DNA from: Ignavibacteriota bacterium
GTDB taxonomy: Bacteria; Bacteroidota; Ignavibacteria; UBA10030
DNA length: 64,000 nucleotides
Direction: 5' to 3'
Assembly (NCBI GenBank): GCA_963701295.1
Contig: OY969585.1
Location: 2,592,001-2,656,000, forward strand
Both the position numbers and the translations under genes were made by a program. The notes beneath the pieces are model-generated. The model was not told where the DNA came from, did no database searches, and worked only from the letters and a program-made list of their open reading frames with translations. Positions 29,651 to 39,623 of this stretch are shown piece after piece; within the stretch, counting starts at the first letter, position 1; every line of letters starts with the position of its first letter.

Positions 29651-30580
29651 ATGAGAAAAACAAAACTCTATAAATTTTCAATGAAGTCATTGACGTTCCA
29701 TGAGGTTCGCTGGGTTAGAACCCGCCTTATGGTAATGGGGCTTCTGATAGGCGGTAGTGTTCTCGGGTCTCTCATTGCTTTGAACCAACACTTTGGTGAT
29801 GTTTTTGGATTGGGCTTTATCCAACAGACTGCACTAGTCAATGAAAATAGAGTGTTGCAGAACCAATTACAATTTCTCACACATCAATTAAACGGTATTC
29901 AGAAACAGATAAACATTTTAGGTGACAAAGGAAATGAAATGCGGCTGCTTGCAGATTTGCCAAAATTAGATGAAGATTTACGGAAGGCTGGAACAGGCGG
30001 CATTGAATCACGAATTGATTTTACATCTTCTATGAGCGTAAATTCACTCCTTAATAATTTGCGTTCAACTGCAGAGCAAGCAGATCATGAGTTGCGTCTC
30101 CAAACATCGAGCTATGAAGAAATTGAGAGTGCGTACGAAAAGAATAAAGTGCGCTTCTCTCATCTTCCAGCGATCAAACCGATGGATGGATTTTATAATA
30201 AGAATGGATTTGGAATGCGTTTTCATCCTATCTTGCACATCTTCCGAAAACATGAAGGTATCGATATCGACAATGAAGTAGGTACTCCAATTTATGCAGC
30301 AGCGGAAGGCACTATAGAGTTCACCGGGCACCAAGGTGGATATGGACTAACCCTTGAGATTAATCATGGTTTTTCAATGAAGACGCGGTACGGACATCTT
30401 TCGAAGATTCTCGTGCATGAGGGACAACGAGTGAAGCGCGGTGAACTTATTGCTTGTTGCGGAAATTCAGGACTATCGAATGCACCGCATCTTCACTATG
30501 AAGTGCGATTGAACGGCGTGGCACAGAATCCGATAGATTATTTTTTTGACGATGTGCATGCAAGTGATTTCCAGAATTAA
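29651..30580 (+). CDS. M23 family peptidoglycan metallopeptidase
   Basis: TM segment and coiled coil, then HEGID, YGHLS, PHLHYEV. Confidence 0.92.
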   Translation: MRKTKLYKFSMKSLTFHEVRWVRTRLMVMGLLIGGSVLGSLIALNQHFGDVFGLGFIQQTALVNENRVLQNQLQFLTHQLNGIQKQINILGDKGNEMRLLADLPKLDEDLRKAGTGGIESRIDFTSSMSVNSLLNNLRSTAEQADHELRLQTSSYEEIESAYEKNKVRFSHLPAIKPMDGFYNKNGFGMRFHPILHIFRKHEGIDIDNEVGTPIYAAAEGTIEFTGHQGGYGLTLEINHGFSMKTRYGHLSKILVHEGQRVKRGELIACCGNSGLSNAPHLHYEVRLNGVAQNPIDYFFDDVHASDFQN

Positions 30581-30615
30581 TTCATGATAAGAATTTTTAA
30601 AGGATTGAACCGACG

Positions 30616-30840
30616 ATGATTTGGACCATCGAGCTGGCAACATATTTAGATGATGCTCCTTGGCCTGCGACAAAGGAAGAGTTAATCGACTATGCAATGC
30701 GCACAGGCGCTCCGAATCAAGTTATCCAGAATTTGGAAGAGCTTGAGGATTCGGATGAGCCGTACGAAAGTATTGAGGAAATCTGGTCAGATTACCCTAC
30801 TGATGAAGACTATTTCTTTGAGGACGAAAAAGAATATTAG
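30616..30840 (+). CDS. DUF2795-family protein
   Basis: MIWTIELA.YL.DAPWPATKEELIDYA.R.GAP, characteristic of the FCB group. Confidence 0.9.
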   Translation: MIWTIELATYLDDAPWPATKEELIDYAMRTGAPNQVIQNLEELEDSDEPYESIEEIWSDYPTDEDYFFEDEKEY

Positions 30841-30896
30841 AATTATAACATTCGTTTTTTATCATCAGGGCACCTTGGGATTATTTGTATAGAATG

Positions 30897-30926
30897 AAAC
30901 CCAGCACTTTCCTGCTGGGTTTTTTT
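30897..30926 (+). terminator. Rho-independent terminator
   Basis: aaacccagca/tgctgggttt stem followed by a T run. Confidence 0.75.
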
Positions 30927-30940
30927 ATTGCTGATTTCTC

Positions 30941-33004
30941 ATGCAAAATTTCATTTTAGCTATATTCTTCAGCATTCTCTGTTCAGTACCGATATTAGCG
31001 CAAGGTGCGGCACAGAAATATGAGGTCGGTCAACTTCGTTTTGAGGGAAACGAAACTTTGAACGATGATCAGCTTCACAATGTCATGAATACACATGAAA
31101 CTCCATGGGTAGTGTGGAAATGGATATATCACATATTTGATAAAGAAATATTAGGTGGTCAGAAACCAGAATATTTTGATCCCCTCACTTTTTCTGCCGA
31201 CTTTCATCAAGTCAAACGATTGTATCAGGATAATGGTTTTGTTCATTCTCGAATTGATACAACCATCAGTGTTCGGTCTGAAAAAGAAATGGTGTTTCTC
31301 ACATTTTCGATTAAAGAGGGCAGACGATCATTGATTGATACGATCGTCTATAAGGGATTTGAAAATCTTTCGCCGGAGGTAATGAACGAACTTACTTTGA
31401 ATAAACAGGTAGAGGTAGGTCAACCATATATCCAAAATAAGGTGGAAGAAGAATCCCGCCGCATCATCAAAGTATTTGCCAATAACGGATATGTGAACGT
31501 GAAGCTTGTTGCTGTCGAAGCTCGCCATTATTCCTCAACAGATAATTTCACTCTTGTGTTTGTCTTCAATCCAGGCAGGCGTTATACGTTTGGTACTATT
31601 TCTGTTGAACAGGATTCCACTTCGCCACAGCGCATCGATTCCACCATTGTGCTTCAGCACCTCGATTTTACAGAGGGGGAATATTATGGCGAACAGAAGA
31701 AAATAGAGAGTGAGAGAAATCTTAACAGGCTCGGTGTTTTTGAAGCTACAAAAATTGAGAATGCTCTTCCGGACACCTTGTCGGAGATAACCCGCATTCC
31801 TGTAAAGGTTTTTGTACGCACTCGTCCGTTTCAAGAGTTAACACCGGAAATCGGTGTGAACGACGAAAATAATGCATTTAACGTTCTGTTTGGTGCGGGA
31901 TATAATCACAGAAACTTTTTTGGAGGTGCACGGAACTTTTCTACACGTCTCCAACTCAATCTCCAATCGATACAATTTCGATCTCTTTTTAACAGCGCCG
32001 CTTTGCGAGACAGTTCGCTCGTCTCAAGAGTAGAGTTGACAACGCAGCTTATTCAGCCCTACTTCTTGAATAACAAAACAAGTATCAGCGCCGCATTTTC
32101 TGCTATGCTCAATAAACAGACTACGTATTATAATCCAAGTCTGAGCTTTCGTCTTGGTACTCAATCACAGACCGCAACCTACACAAGACTTTTAATAGAT
32201 TGGAATCTTCAACTGAGCGATCCAAAAAAAGTCGCAACCCTGCAGGATACCATCAATCAAGAATTAGGCTTTATAAAACAATTCAATTCATTTATTACAG
32301 TCACCTTGCAACGCGATAAACGCAATGATATTTTCTATCCGTCAGCTGGTTTTTTCCAATCTATTTCAATCGAAGAAGGCGGGTTATTTCCGCGGACATT
32401 TGGCGGAATGCTAGGTTTGGATCTTCCATATTCCCAATATGTCAAAATGACTCTCGATGGACAATGGTATTTGGATCCAAGTAAAAAGCAAAACCTCATC
32501 TGGGCATTACGCGCGCAAGCAGGGGCAGCACTTCTCTACGGTCATTCGCCATTGAAGGATATTCCGCTTACACAACGGTTTTATTCGGGGGGGAGTGGAA
32601 GTGTTCGTGGCTGGAGGGCAATGGCTCTTGGTACAATGCCGGATACTCTGAGAAATCTGGGAGGGAATGCAATGTTGGAAGGAACCATCGAAGCACGATG
32701 GAATCCCCTCAATGAAGCCGGAACATTTTGGTTCCTCGATCTCGAAAAAATTTCATTTGTTTTCTTTTATGACTTGGGCAATCTCTGGACAGCGCCTCAA
32801 AAGATGGATTTGAATGAAATTGCTATGGCGTTTGGACTTGGATTGAGATATAACACGATTGCCGGACCTATCCGCATTGACTTTGGTATGAAATTGTATG
32901 ATCCTGACGCTCCTACAACAAGAAGATGGGTGACACAAAAAGGATTTTTCTCTGAAACAGTCAAAAACGGTTTTTTCCAACTTGGAGTCGGTCATACATT
33001 CTAA
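30941..33004 (+). CDS. BamA/TamA (Omp85) family outer membrane protein
   Basis: POTRA repeats, FYSGG.GSVRGW, GPIRIDFG, terminal Phe. Confidence 0.9.
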   Translation: MQNFILAIFFSILCSVPILAQGAAQKYEVGQLRFEGNETLNDDQLHNVMNTHETPWVVWKWIYHIFDKEILGGQKPEYFDPLTFSADFHQVKRLYQDNGFVHSRIDTTISVRSEKEMVFLTFSIKEGRRSLIDTIVYKGFENLSPEVMNELTLNKQVEVGQPYIQNKVEEESRRIIKVFANNGYVNVKLVAVEARHYSSTDNFTLVFVFNPGRRYTFGTISVEQDSTSPQRIDSTIVLQHLDFTEGEYYGEQKKIESERNLNRLGVFEATKIENALPDTLSEITRIPVKVFVRTRPFQELTPEIGVNDENNAFNVLFGAGYNHRNFFGGARNFSTRLQLNLQSIQFRSLFNSAALRDSSLVSRVELTTQLIQPYFLNNKTSISAAFSAMLNKQTTYYNPSLSFRLGTQSQTATYTRLLIDWNLQLSDPKKVATLQDTINQELGFIKQFNSFITVTLQRDKRNDIFYPSAGFFQSISIEEGGLFPRTFGGMLGLDLPYSQYVKMTLDGQWYLDPSKKQNLIWALRAQAGAALLYGHSPLKDIPLTQRFYSGGSGSVRGWRAMALGTMPDTLRNLGGNAMLEGTIEARWNPLNEAGTFWFLDLEKISFVFFYDLGNLWTAPQKMDLNEIAMAFGLGLRYNTIAGPIRIDFGMKLYDPDAPTTRRWVTQKGFFSETVKNGFFQLGVGHTF

Positions 33005-33016
33005 GGCACATCAAGT

Positions 33017-34144
33017 ATGAGTTGGTCGTCAATTATAGGACAAGAACGCATCAAAATGCAGCTGAAGCAGACTCTGCAAAACCACCGGATTGCTCATGCG
33101 TATCTTTTCTATGGACCTGAAGGAATCGGAAAAGATGCCCTAGCAATTGAATTCGCAAAAGCTATGAACTGCGAGACTGGGACCGCAGAAGCTTGCGGTA
33201 CATGCAAGAACTGCAGGCGCATGGATACATTTCAACATCCTAATACCAAGCTGGTATTCGCGCTTCCTACCGGGAAAAATGAAAAAACTGGTGACGATCC
33301 GATTACTGTGCTTACCGAAGCGCAGGTTGCTGATGTGCGGGACCAGATCCAACGGAAAGCAAAAGACCCGTACCATCGCATAGAAGTGCAAAAAGCAAAC
33401 TTTATCAAGATTAATAGCGTTCGGGATATCAAGCGTGAGGCGTCTATGAGCCGAGCGGAAGAAGGGAAAAAGATATTCATCGTCCTCAATGCAGATATGA
33501 TGAATGCAGAGGCAAGTAATTCACTTTTAAAGACTTTGGAAGAACCACTGCCCGGAATAATTCTTCTTCTGACAACATCAGTAAAAGACCAATTGCTGCC
33601 AACGATCATTTCTCGCTGTCAATTACTCCAATGTGATTCGTTGCAGGATGCGGAAATTGAAAGTGCTCTCGTCAGCAGAGAAGGAGTTAACCATTCGATT
33701 GCCCGTCTTGCGGCACAACTTTCCCAAGGAAGTTATGGGAATGCTCGGCGCCTGAGTTCATTGAACATGGTAGATGAGCGAAAAGATGTTGTCGAATTCT
33801 TGCGCTTGGTACTTAGCAAGAATAGAGCAACGCTCATCGATGCAATTGATGAACTTGCATCGTCTTCTGATCGTTCCGGTATTGAGCGCTGGCTGAAACT
33901 TCTCCAGTCATGGTTGCGTGATGCGCTCCTTCTGCAGCAAAACGCGCAAGCGCCATTGCTCGACGATGAGAAGAAAAGTATGGATAATTTTGTTGCAAAA
34001 TTTAACCACGCAAATCTTATTGCCTCCATTCAGACTGTCGAGAAGGCGATTGCTCATCTAGACAAAAATGTCTACCTTCATCTAATTCTAACGACGTTAG
34101 CAATTGATCTACGGAAATTTATAACGGAAGCACCATCAGTATGA
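33017..34144 (+). CDS. holB: DNA polymerase III delta' subunit
   Basis: HAYLFYGPEGIGK, CxxCxxC, NSLLKTLEEP, TIISRC motifs. Confidence 0.93.
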   Translation: MSWSSIIGQERIKMQLKQTLQNHRIAHAYLFYGPEGIGKDALAIEFAKAMNCETGTAEACGTCKNCRRMDTFQHPNTKLVFALPTGKNEKTGDDPITVLTEAQVADVRDQIQRKAKDPYHRIEVQKANFIKINSVRDIKREASMSRAEEGKKIFIVLNADMMNAEASNSLLKTLEEPLPGIILLLTTSVKDQLLPTIISRCQLLQCDSLQDAEIESALVSREGVNHSIARLAAQLSQGSYGNARRLSSLNMVDERKDVVEFLRLVLSKNRATLIDAIDELASSSDRSGIERWLKLLQSWLRDALLLQQNAQAPLLDDEKKSMDNFVAKFNHANLIASIQTVEKAIAHLDKNVYLHLILTTLAIDLRKFITEAPSV

Positions 34145-36210
34145 AATCCCCCTTCAAACGAATCCTTATTACAGCAGCATTGCCGTATGCGAACGGATAT
34201 CTGCACCTTGGTCATCTTGCAGGCGCTTATTTGCCTGCAGATATCTATGCCCGTTATCAACGACTGAAGAAACGTGATGTTCTCTTCCTCTGCGGCTCCG
34301 ATGAACATGGTGTCGCAATTACCGTTTCAGCGGAAAAAGAAAAGACAACGCCAAAGAACATTATCGACCGTTACCATCCGGCCAATAAGGCGGCATTCGA
34401 AGCATTTGAAATGAGTTTTGATAATTACTCGCGTACATCGCTTTCTTTACACCACGAAACAACGAAAGATTTTTTTAGAGAATTCCACAAACGCGGTATT
34501 GTGATCGATAAGAAAGAACAGCAGTTGTATTGTTTAAAAGATTCTATGTTTCTTGCCGACCGTTATGTTGAAGGCACTTGCCCCAAATGTAAATCAACGC
34601 AGGCGCGTGGTGATCAATGCGAGAATTGCGGTACTTGGCTGGATCAAACTGAACTCATTGATCCAAAGTGCAAATTGTGCGGAACGACACCAGTTGTGAG
34701 GGAAACAACCCATTGGTACTTCCCACTCGGAAATTATCAGCTGCGATTGGAATCGTACATCGCTGAACGAAACAAAAGAGATGGCTGGAAAGACAATGTT
34801 CTTCGATATTGCGAAGGATGGTTCAAAGATGGGTTGAAAGACCGTGCAGTGACACGCGATCTGAATTGGGGTGTGCACGTGCCAGTAGCAGGATACGAAG
34901 ATAAAGTCATTTATGTTTGGTTCGATGCGGTGCTTGGCTATATTTCATCTGGTAAAGAATGGGCAACAGCTCACGGAAAACCAGAAGCGTGGAAAGAATA
35001 TTGGCAGAAGGAAGACACAAAGTATGTTGCCTTTATCGGCAAAGACAATGTTGTATTTCATTGCATCGTTTTTCCGGCGATGCTGATGGCTTGGAATGAC
35101 AGCAATACCAATCACTATGTATTGCCGGAGAATGTGCCTGCAAACGAGTTTCTTAATTTTGAAGGCCAAAAGTTTTCTAAGAGCCGCGGATGGGGAATTG
35201 ATGTTCAAGAATTTCTGAAATTCTTTTCTGCAGACATGTTGCGGTATGCTCTTGCTGTCAACCTTCCTGAAACTCGCGACAGTGATTTTTATTTGAAAGA
35301 TTTTCAGGCGCGCATCAATAATGAATTGGCAGATATTACTGGGAACTTTGTTAATCGCACGATTGCATTCATAGATAAGAATTTCGGAGGGATTGTACCA
35401 AAGCTTGGCACGCTCAATAAGCTTGACGAAGAAGTTCTTGCAGCAGTGAAACAAGCACCATATAAAATTGGTGAGCTGTTTGAACATTACAATTTTCGCG
35501 AAGGATTGATGGAAGTGATGAATCTTTCCCGTGCTGCGAACAAGTATTTTAATGACAGCGAGCCATGGAAGACACTAAAGTCGAGTCCGGAACACTGCTC
35601 AACGACTCTTCATATTGCAATCCAAATAGTGAGGTCTCTTGCAATTTTGTTGGAACCTGTCGTACCTGCCACTTCTGGAAAAATTTGGAAACTCCTCAAT
35701 CTCGATATTCCAGTGGGAGAAGATGGGTGGGATTCTGCATCTGAATTCCGATTGAAAGAAGGACATCAACTGAACAAACCAGAAATTCTCATAGCCAAAA
35801 TTGAGGATAAGCAGATCGACGAAATTGTGAAATTCCTTGAAGGTGGAGATAAGCTTGAAGCCGTTCCAGTTTCTCCTCTGAAACCTACGATCACGATTGA
35901 TGATTTTAAAAAAGTCGATCTTCGCGTCGGACGAGTTATCGAAGCAGAAAAAGTACCAAAGTCTGAAAAGCTTATCAAACTGCAAGTTGAAATAGGGAGC
36001 GAAAAGCGTCAGGTAGTTGCAGGCATTGCCCAGCATTACAAACCGGAGGATTTAATCGGAAAGTTGATCGTTGTTGTTGTGAACCTCCAACCAGCAAAGC
36101 TTATGGGGCAGGAATCGCAAGGCATGATTCTTGCCGCTAGCAATGAATCCGGTACATTAACGCTCATTGGTGTACAATCGGAAATATCCACAGGAGCGAT
36201 TGTGAAGTAA
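34141..36210 (+). CDS. metG: Methionyl-tRNA synthetase
   Basis: ALPYANG.LHLGH, YVWFDA, KFSKS motifs; C-terminal tRNA-binding OB domain. Confidence 0.97.
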   Translation: MKSPFKRILITAALPYANGYLHLGHLAGAYLPADIYARYQRLKKRDVLFLCGSDEHGVAITVSAEKEKTTPKNIIDRYHPANKAAFEAFEMSFDNYSRTSLSLHHETTKDFFREFHKRGIVIDKKEQQLYCLKDSMFLADRYVEGTCPKCKSTQARGDQCENCGTWLDQTELIDPKCKLCGTTPVVRETTHWYFPLGNYQLRLESYIAERNKRDGWKDNVLRYCEGWFKDGLKDRAVTRDLNWGVHVPVAGYEDKVIYVWFDAVLGYISSGKEWATAHGKPEAWKEYWQKEDTKYVAFIGKDNVVFHCIVFPAMLMAWNDSNTNHYVLPENVPANEFLNFEGQKFSKSRGWGIDVQEFLKFFSADMLRYALAVNLPETRDSDFYLKDFQARINNELADITGNFVNRTIAFIDKNFGGIVPKLGTLNKLDEEVLAAVKQAPYKIGELFEHYNFREGLMEVMNLSRAANKYFNDSEPWKTLKSSPEHCSTTLHIAIQIVRSLAILLEPVVPATSGKIWKLLNLDIPVGEDGWDSASEFRLKEGHQLNKPEILIAKIEDKQIDEIVKFLEGGDKLEAVPVSPLKPTITIDDFKKVDLRVGRVIEAEKVPKSEKLIKLQVEIGSEKRQVVAGIAQHYKPEDLIGKLIVVVVNLQPAKLMGQESQGMILAASNESGTLTLIGVQSEISTGAIVK

Positions 36211-36282
36211 AGCGTTGTGCCTGAACACTATGGTTCGGCATTATGATAGAGTGGTAAAATCAATTTTATAGAGGAGTATTGC

Positions 36283-37176
36283 ATGAGTAAAATGAAATCA
36301 CTGCTTGGCCCTATGCGAGTACCGTTTTTGATCCTGGCACCTGCGTGTGTTGCTGTGGGTGCGGGAACGGCCTTCTGGCAAACCCATGCAATAAGCTGGA
36401 TCCAAGTTTTTATTATTATTATAGGCGCGCTTGCAAGTCATATTAGCGTAAATGTATTTAACGAATATTTTGATTTCAAAAGCGGACTTGACGCTAAGAC
36501 TCAACGCACACCCTTCAGCGGCGGCAGCGGCACACTGCCGGCACATCCGGAAATGAAGAAAAGCATTCTTTATCTTGCCATATTCTCTTTTGTTATTACT
36601 GCGATAGTTGGATTTTATTTCATATGGCTGCGAGGTTTCCTCTTGTTGCCACTTGGCACCATTGGATTGATCTTATTGGTAACATATACTATTTGGTGGG
36701 CATATAATCCGATTCTCTGTTTGATAGCGCCGGGATTGGGTTTCGGTGTTCTCATGGTTATGGGGACGCACTTCTGTTTGACAGGTTCATATAGCTGGAT
36801 ATCCTTCGTTGCATCTCTTGTACCTACATTTCTTGTGAGCGACTTGCTACTGCTCAATCAATTTCCTGATGTGGATGCCGATAAAAGCATCGGACGCAAA
36901 CATTTCCCGATTACCATAGGGCGGCAAGCCAGCGCTCTGATATATGGTGCCTTCTTGCTGTTAGCGTATGTTTCGGTAGTGATTGGTGTGTTTTTTGTTT
37001 TACTGCCTCGCTATAGCCTGCTTGCTCTCTTGACAGTTATCCCTGCTTGGAAAGCCTATCGGGGTGCATACCAAAACGCTGAAAATATCCCAGCCCTGAT
37101 TCCCTCGATGGGTCTAAACGTAGTTATCAATTTGACAACGCCGATTTTGCTCGCTGTCGGACTTTTTATCGGATAA
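36283..37176 (+). CDS. UbiA-superfamily prenyltransferase, MenA-like
   Basis: NVFNEYFDFKSGLD, FSGGSG, NQFPDVDADK..GR motifs; about 8-9 TM segments. Confidence 0.85.
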   Translation: MSKMKSLLGPMRVPFLILAPACVAVGAGTAFWQTHAISWIQVFIIIIGALASHISVNVFNEYFDFKSGLDAKTQRTPFSGGSGTLPAHPEMKKSILYLAIFSFVITAIVGFYFIWLRGFLLLPLGTIGLILLVTYTIWWAYNPILCLIAPGLGFGVLMVMGTHFCLTGSYSWISFVASLVPTFLVSDLLLLNQFPDVDADKSIGRKHFPITIGRQASALIYGAFLLLAYVSVVIGVFFVLLPRYSLLALLTVIPAWKAYRGAYQNAENIPALIPSMGLNVVINLTTPILLAVGLFIG

Positions 37177-37238
37177 TAAATTAAACACCTCAAAGGTATG
37201 GCGCATATAGATGTAGTACAGATCTAAAAGTTATTTGT

Positions 37239-37340
37239 GCGACTACAAACTTTGTGGATACGACGAATACGGAAGAATGCAAGGACCTGATAAATGAGTC
37301 GGGGTTTATTCCGGCGAAGCGTATAACCTTATACGAACTT
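37239..37340 (+). pseudogene. Orphan 3' tail of a second, diverged mqnC
   Basis: Translates ATTNFVDTTNTEECKDLINESGFIPAKRITLYEL, matching AAANFINTTNAEECKNLIRESGFIPVQRTTLYEI at about 39469-39570. Confidence 0.85.
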
Positions 37341-37611
37341 GCCATTCGTGTTTGCAGTGTGGGCAGTTCAAAAAACTATGTCTCAAGAAAAGAAAAATGA
37401 ACTCCATGAAATTATACAGCATTCACTTGCGCATGCTGAGGAAGATTATTCCTTAGCGGGGATAATGCATGCAAAGCGAATACATCTCACACGTGATGAA
37501 TCGGTGGACTATCTCGCAGGTTTCAACTTCCGCATGGGCGTACGGGAATGAGCGGCGATTAAAAAATTTCAAGGTCTGCTATTAGAAATTGAAAAATTGG
37601 AGCGTGTATAA
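37339..37611 (+). pseudogene. mqnA: 3' remnant of chorismate dehydratase (MqnA-like)
   Basis: LPFVFAVWA motif; 5' part missing; in-frame TGA at 37549 followed by AAIKKFQGLLLE to TAA 37611. Confidence 0.75.
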
Positions 37612-37647
37612 TATTTCTAAGTTGGGGAAATATCTACTGGAAGGGCT

Positions 37648-38496
37648 ATGCCGGAACAATTATTTAAAAAATATGAAGAATTAATAACCAACGGAACTCA
37701 ATTAGCGCCGCAAGGAGGATTCGAAGCCTCCGGGTATAATGCGCGATTACAGAATAAATATATGGATTGGCGCAAAGCATGTCTGGAGGCGCTCGAGTCA
37801 TCTGGGCCGATTGGCTTCCCGTACAAGCAAAAAATTCTCGGCGATAAAAATGGGGGATTCTTTTTTCAACCATCCGCCCAGTTGGTTCTCAACTGTATGC
37901 GTGAATTGTACGAAAAAGTTAAAGCTTCGCCCGATCTCGTATCAGCTCCGGCTGCTCCGGCCATGGATCTTCCGACGCCGACAGTTCAGAATGCAACAGA
38001 CACAGGAGGAGTTCGCGTGCTGAAACCGCCGCCAAAACCATCAGCGGCTCAACCGGCTCCTGCAACGGCGGTGGCCCAGCCTTTCCAACAGCCGCAAACA
38101 GCTGCACAACCTGGCAAAGTATATGTAATAGGAGAAGCGGATGATCCTTTGTACGCTCAATTATTGCAATTTCTCAGAGAAGTCGGATTAGAAGAAATCA
38201 ATCTGGAACGTCAACACGGGCAAATGCTTTCCCTCGAAACACTTCAAATGGATGCCGGCGTAAAATTTGCATTTTTTGTTATCAATTCGGATGACCTCAC
38301 ATATGCAATGTTCGAGATTGGACATTTCGTAGGGAAACTGGGAAAGAACCGTGTCTGTGTTCTCCATATGTCGGATGTAAGTTTTCCAAAAAACGTGCCA
38401 GGAGTGATTGCGAAACCGATTGTTGTCAAGTTGGAAGAAGCAAGCTTAGGATTATTGCGGGAACTCAAAGCCGCAGGATGTCAAATAAATTTGTAG
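37648..38496 (+). CDS. Protein with C-terminal TIR-like (CAP12/Pycsar-type) domain, atypical
   Basis: KVYVI..FL..GLE.I.L, FAFFV..DD, MFEIGHFVGKLGKNRV.VL, P..PGV, L.RELKAAG pattern; Pro/Ala/Gln linker. Confidence 0.7.
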   Translation: MPEQLFKKYEELITNGTQLAPQGGFEASGYNARLQNKYMDWRKACLEALESSGPIGFPYKQKILGDKNGGFFFQPSAQLVLNCMRELYEKVKASPDLVSAPAAPAMDLPTPTVQNATDTGGVRVLKPPPKPSAAQPAPATAVAQPFQQPQTAAQPGKVYVIGEADDPLYAQLLQFLREVGLEEINLERQHGQMLSLETLQMDAGVKFAFFVINSDDLTYAMFEIGHFVGKLGKNRVCVLHMSDVSFPKNVPGVIAKPIVVKLEEASLGLLRELKAAGCQINL

Positions 38497-38506
38497 GATA
38501 TGTTCC

Positions 38507-39603
38507 ATGACGCTGGAAGAAATTTATCAGAAGGTTCGGGAAGGTGTTCGTATATCGCGGGAAGCAGGATTGTTTCTGTTAAGGAATGCGGAGTTATTAG
38601 ACCTTGGCGACATAGCAAATGAAATCCAATTTCAAAAAAATCCGAAACAATGGATAACTTATTTGCTCGATACCAATCCGAATTATTCAAATGTCTGCAA
38701 CGTCGATTGTATCTTCTGCGCATTCTACCGGCATCCGGGCGAAGAAGGCGCGTACCGTCTATCGAGTGATGAATTAATAAAGAAATTCAAGGAAGCGGTA
38801 TCGCAAGGTATCACGACCGTGCTTCTCCAGGGCGGAGTTGACCCTGCAATTCCATTTGAATATTATCTCGAACTTGTCGAACGCACAGTGAAGGAAGTTC
38901 CGAAGATTTATCCGCATTTCTTTTCCACATCAGAAATTATTGTGATGTCGCAAGTCTCCGGCTTATCGATTCAGGGTGTGCTGGAGAAATTATGGGAAAA
39001 AGGATTACGGTCTATTCCTGGCGGCGGTGCCGAAATTCTCTCAGACCGCGTAAGAAAGAAGATTAGCAGTAAAAAAGATTCTTCCGCCGATTGGCTGAAT
39101 GTCATGCGTATTGCCCAGAAGATTGGTTATAAAACAACGGCAACAATGATGTACGGCCATCTGGAGACAGACGAAGATATCGTTGAGCATCTCGAAAGTG
39201 TCCGACAGCTGCAGGATGAGACCGGCGGGTTCACTGCCTTCATTCCGTGGTCATTTAAGCCCGGTAACACGCCTTTAGAGAAGATTATTCCGCATTATGC
39301 TACCTCTTCCTGCGGTATCTGCAGATGATCGCCTTCTCACGCGTTTATTTAGACAATTTTCATTATATCCAGGCGTTGTGGTTCTCAGAAGGGAAGAAGA
39401 TCGGCCAGATTGCTTTGCACTTTGGCGCCGATGATTTTGGCGGAATATTGCTTGAAGAGAATGTACATGCGGCTGCTAATTTCATCAACACAACCAATGC
39501 CGAAGAGTGCAAGAACCTGATACGGGAATCAGGATTTATTCCAGTGCAGCGTACAACACTGTACGAAATTATCAAAGTAGAAGAAAAATCTGTTGCAGCA
39601 TAA
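38507..39603 (+). pseudogene. mqnC: Cyclic dehypoxanthinyl futalosine synthase (radical SAM), frameshifted
   Basis: CNVDCIFCAFYR, SIPGGGAEIL, GFTAFIPWSF motifs. Frame change near 39305-39312; continues LRYLQMIA...GADDFGG..EENV. Confidence 0.85.
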
Positions 39604-39623
39604 CATCCTCAATGAACGGATGA

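Noticed and set aside
37549-37551. Selenocysteine or recoded TGA in the mqnA remnant
   Set aside because: The gene is already 5'-truncated, no SECIS-like hairpin is evident, and TGA is a normal stop elsewhere in the window.
39300-39330. Programmed frameshift in mqnC
   Set aside because: There is no slippery heptamer or homopolymer, and other signs of decay surround it.
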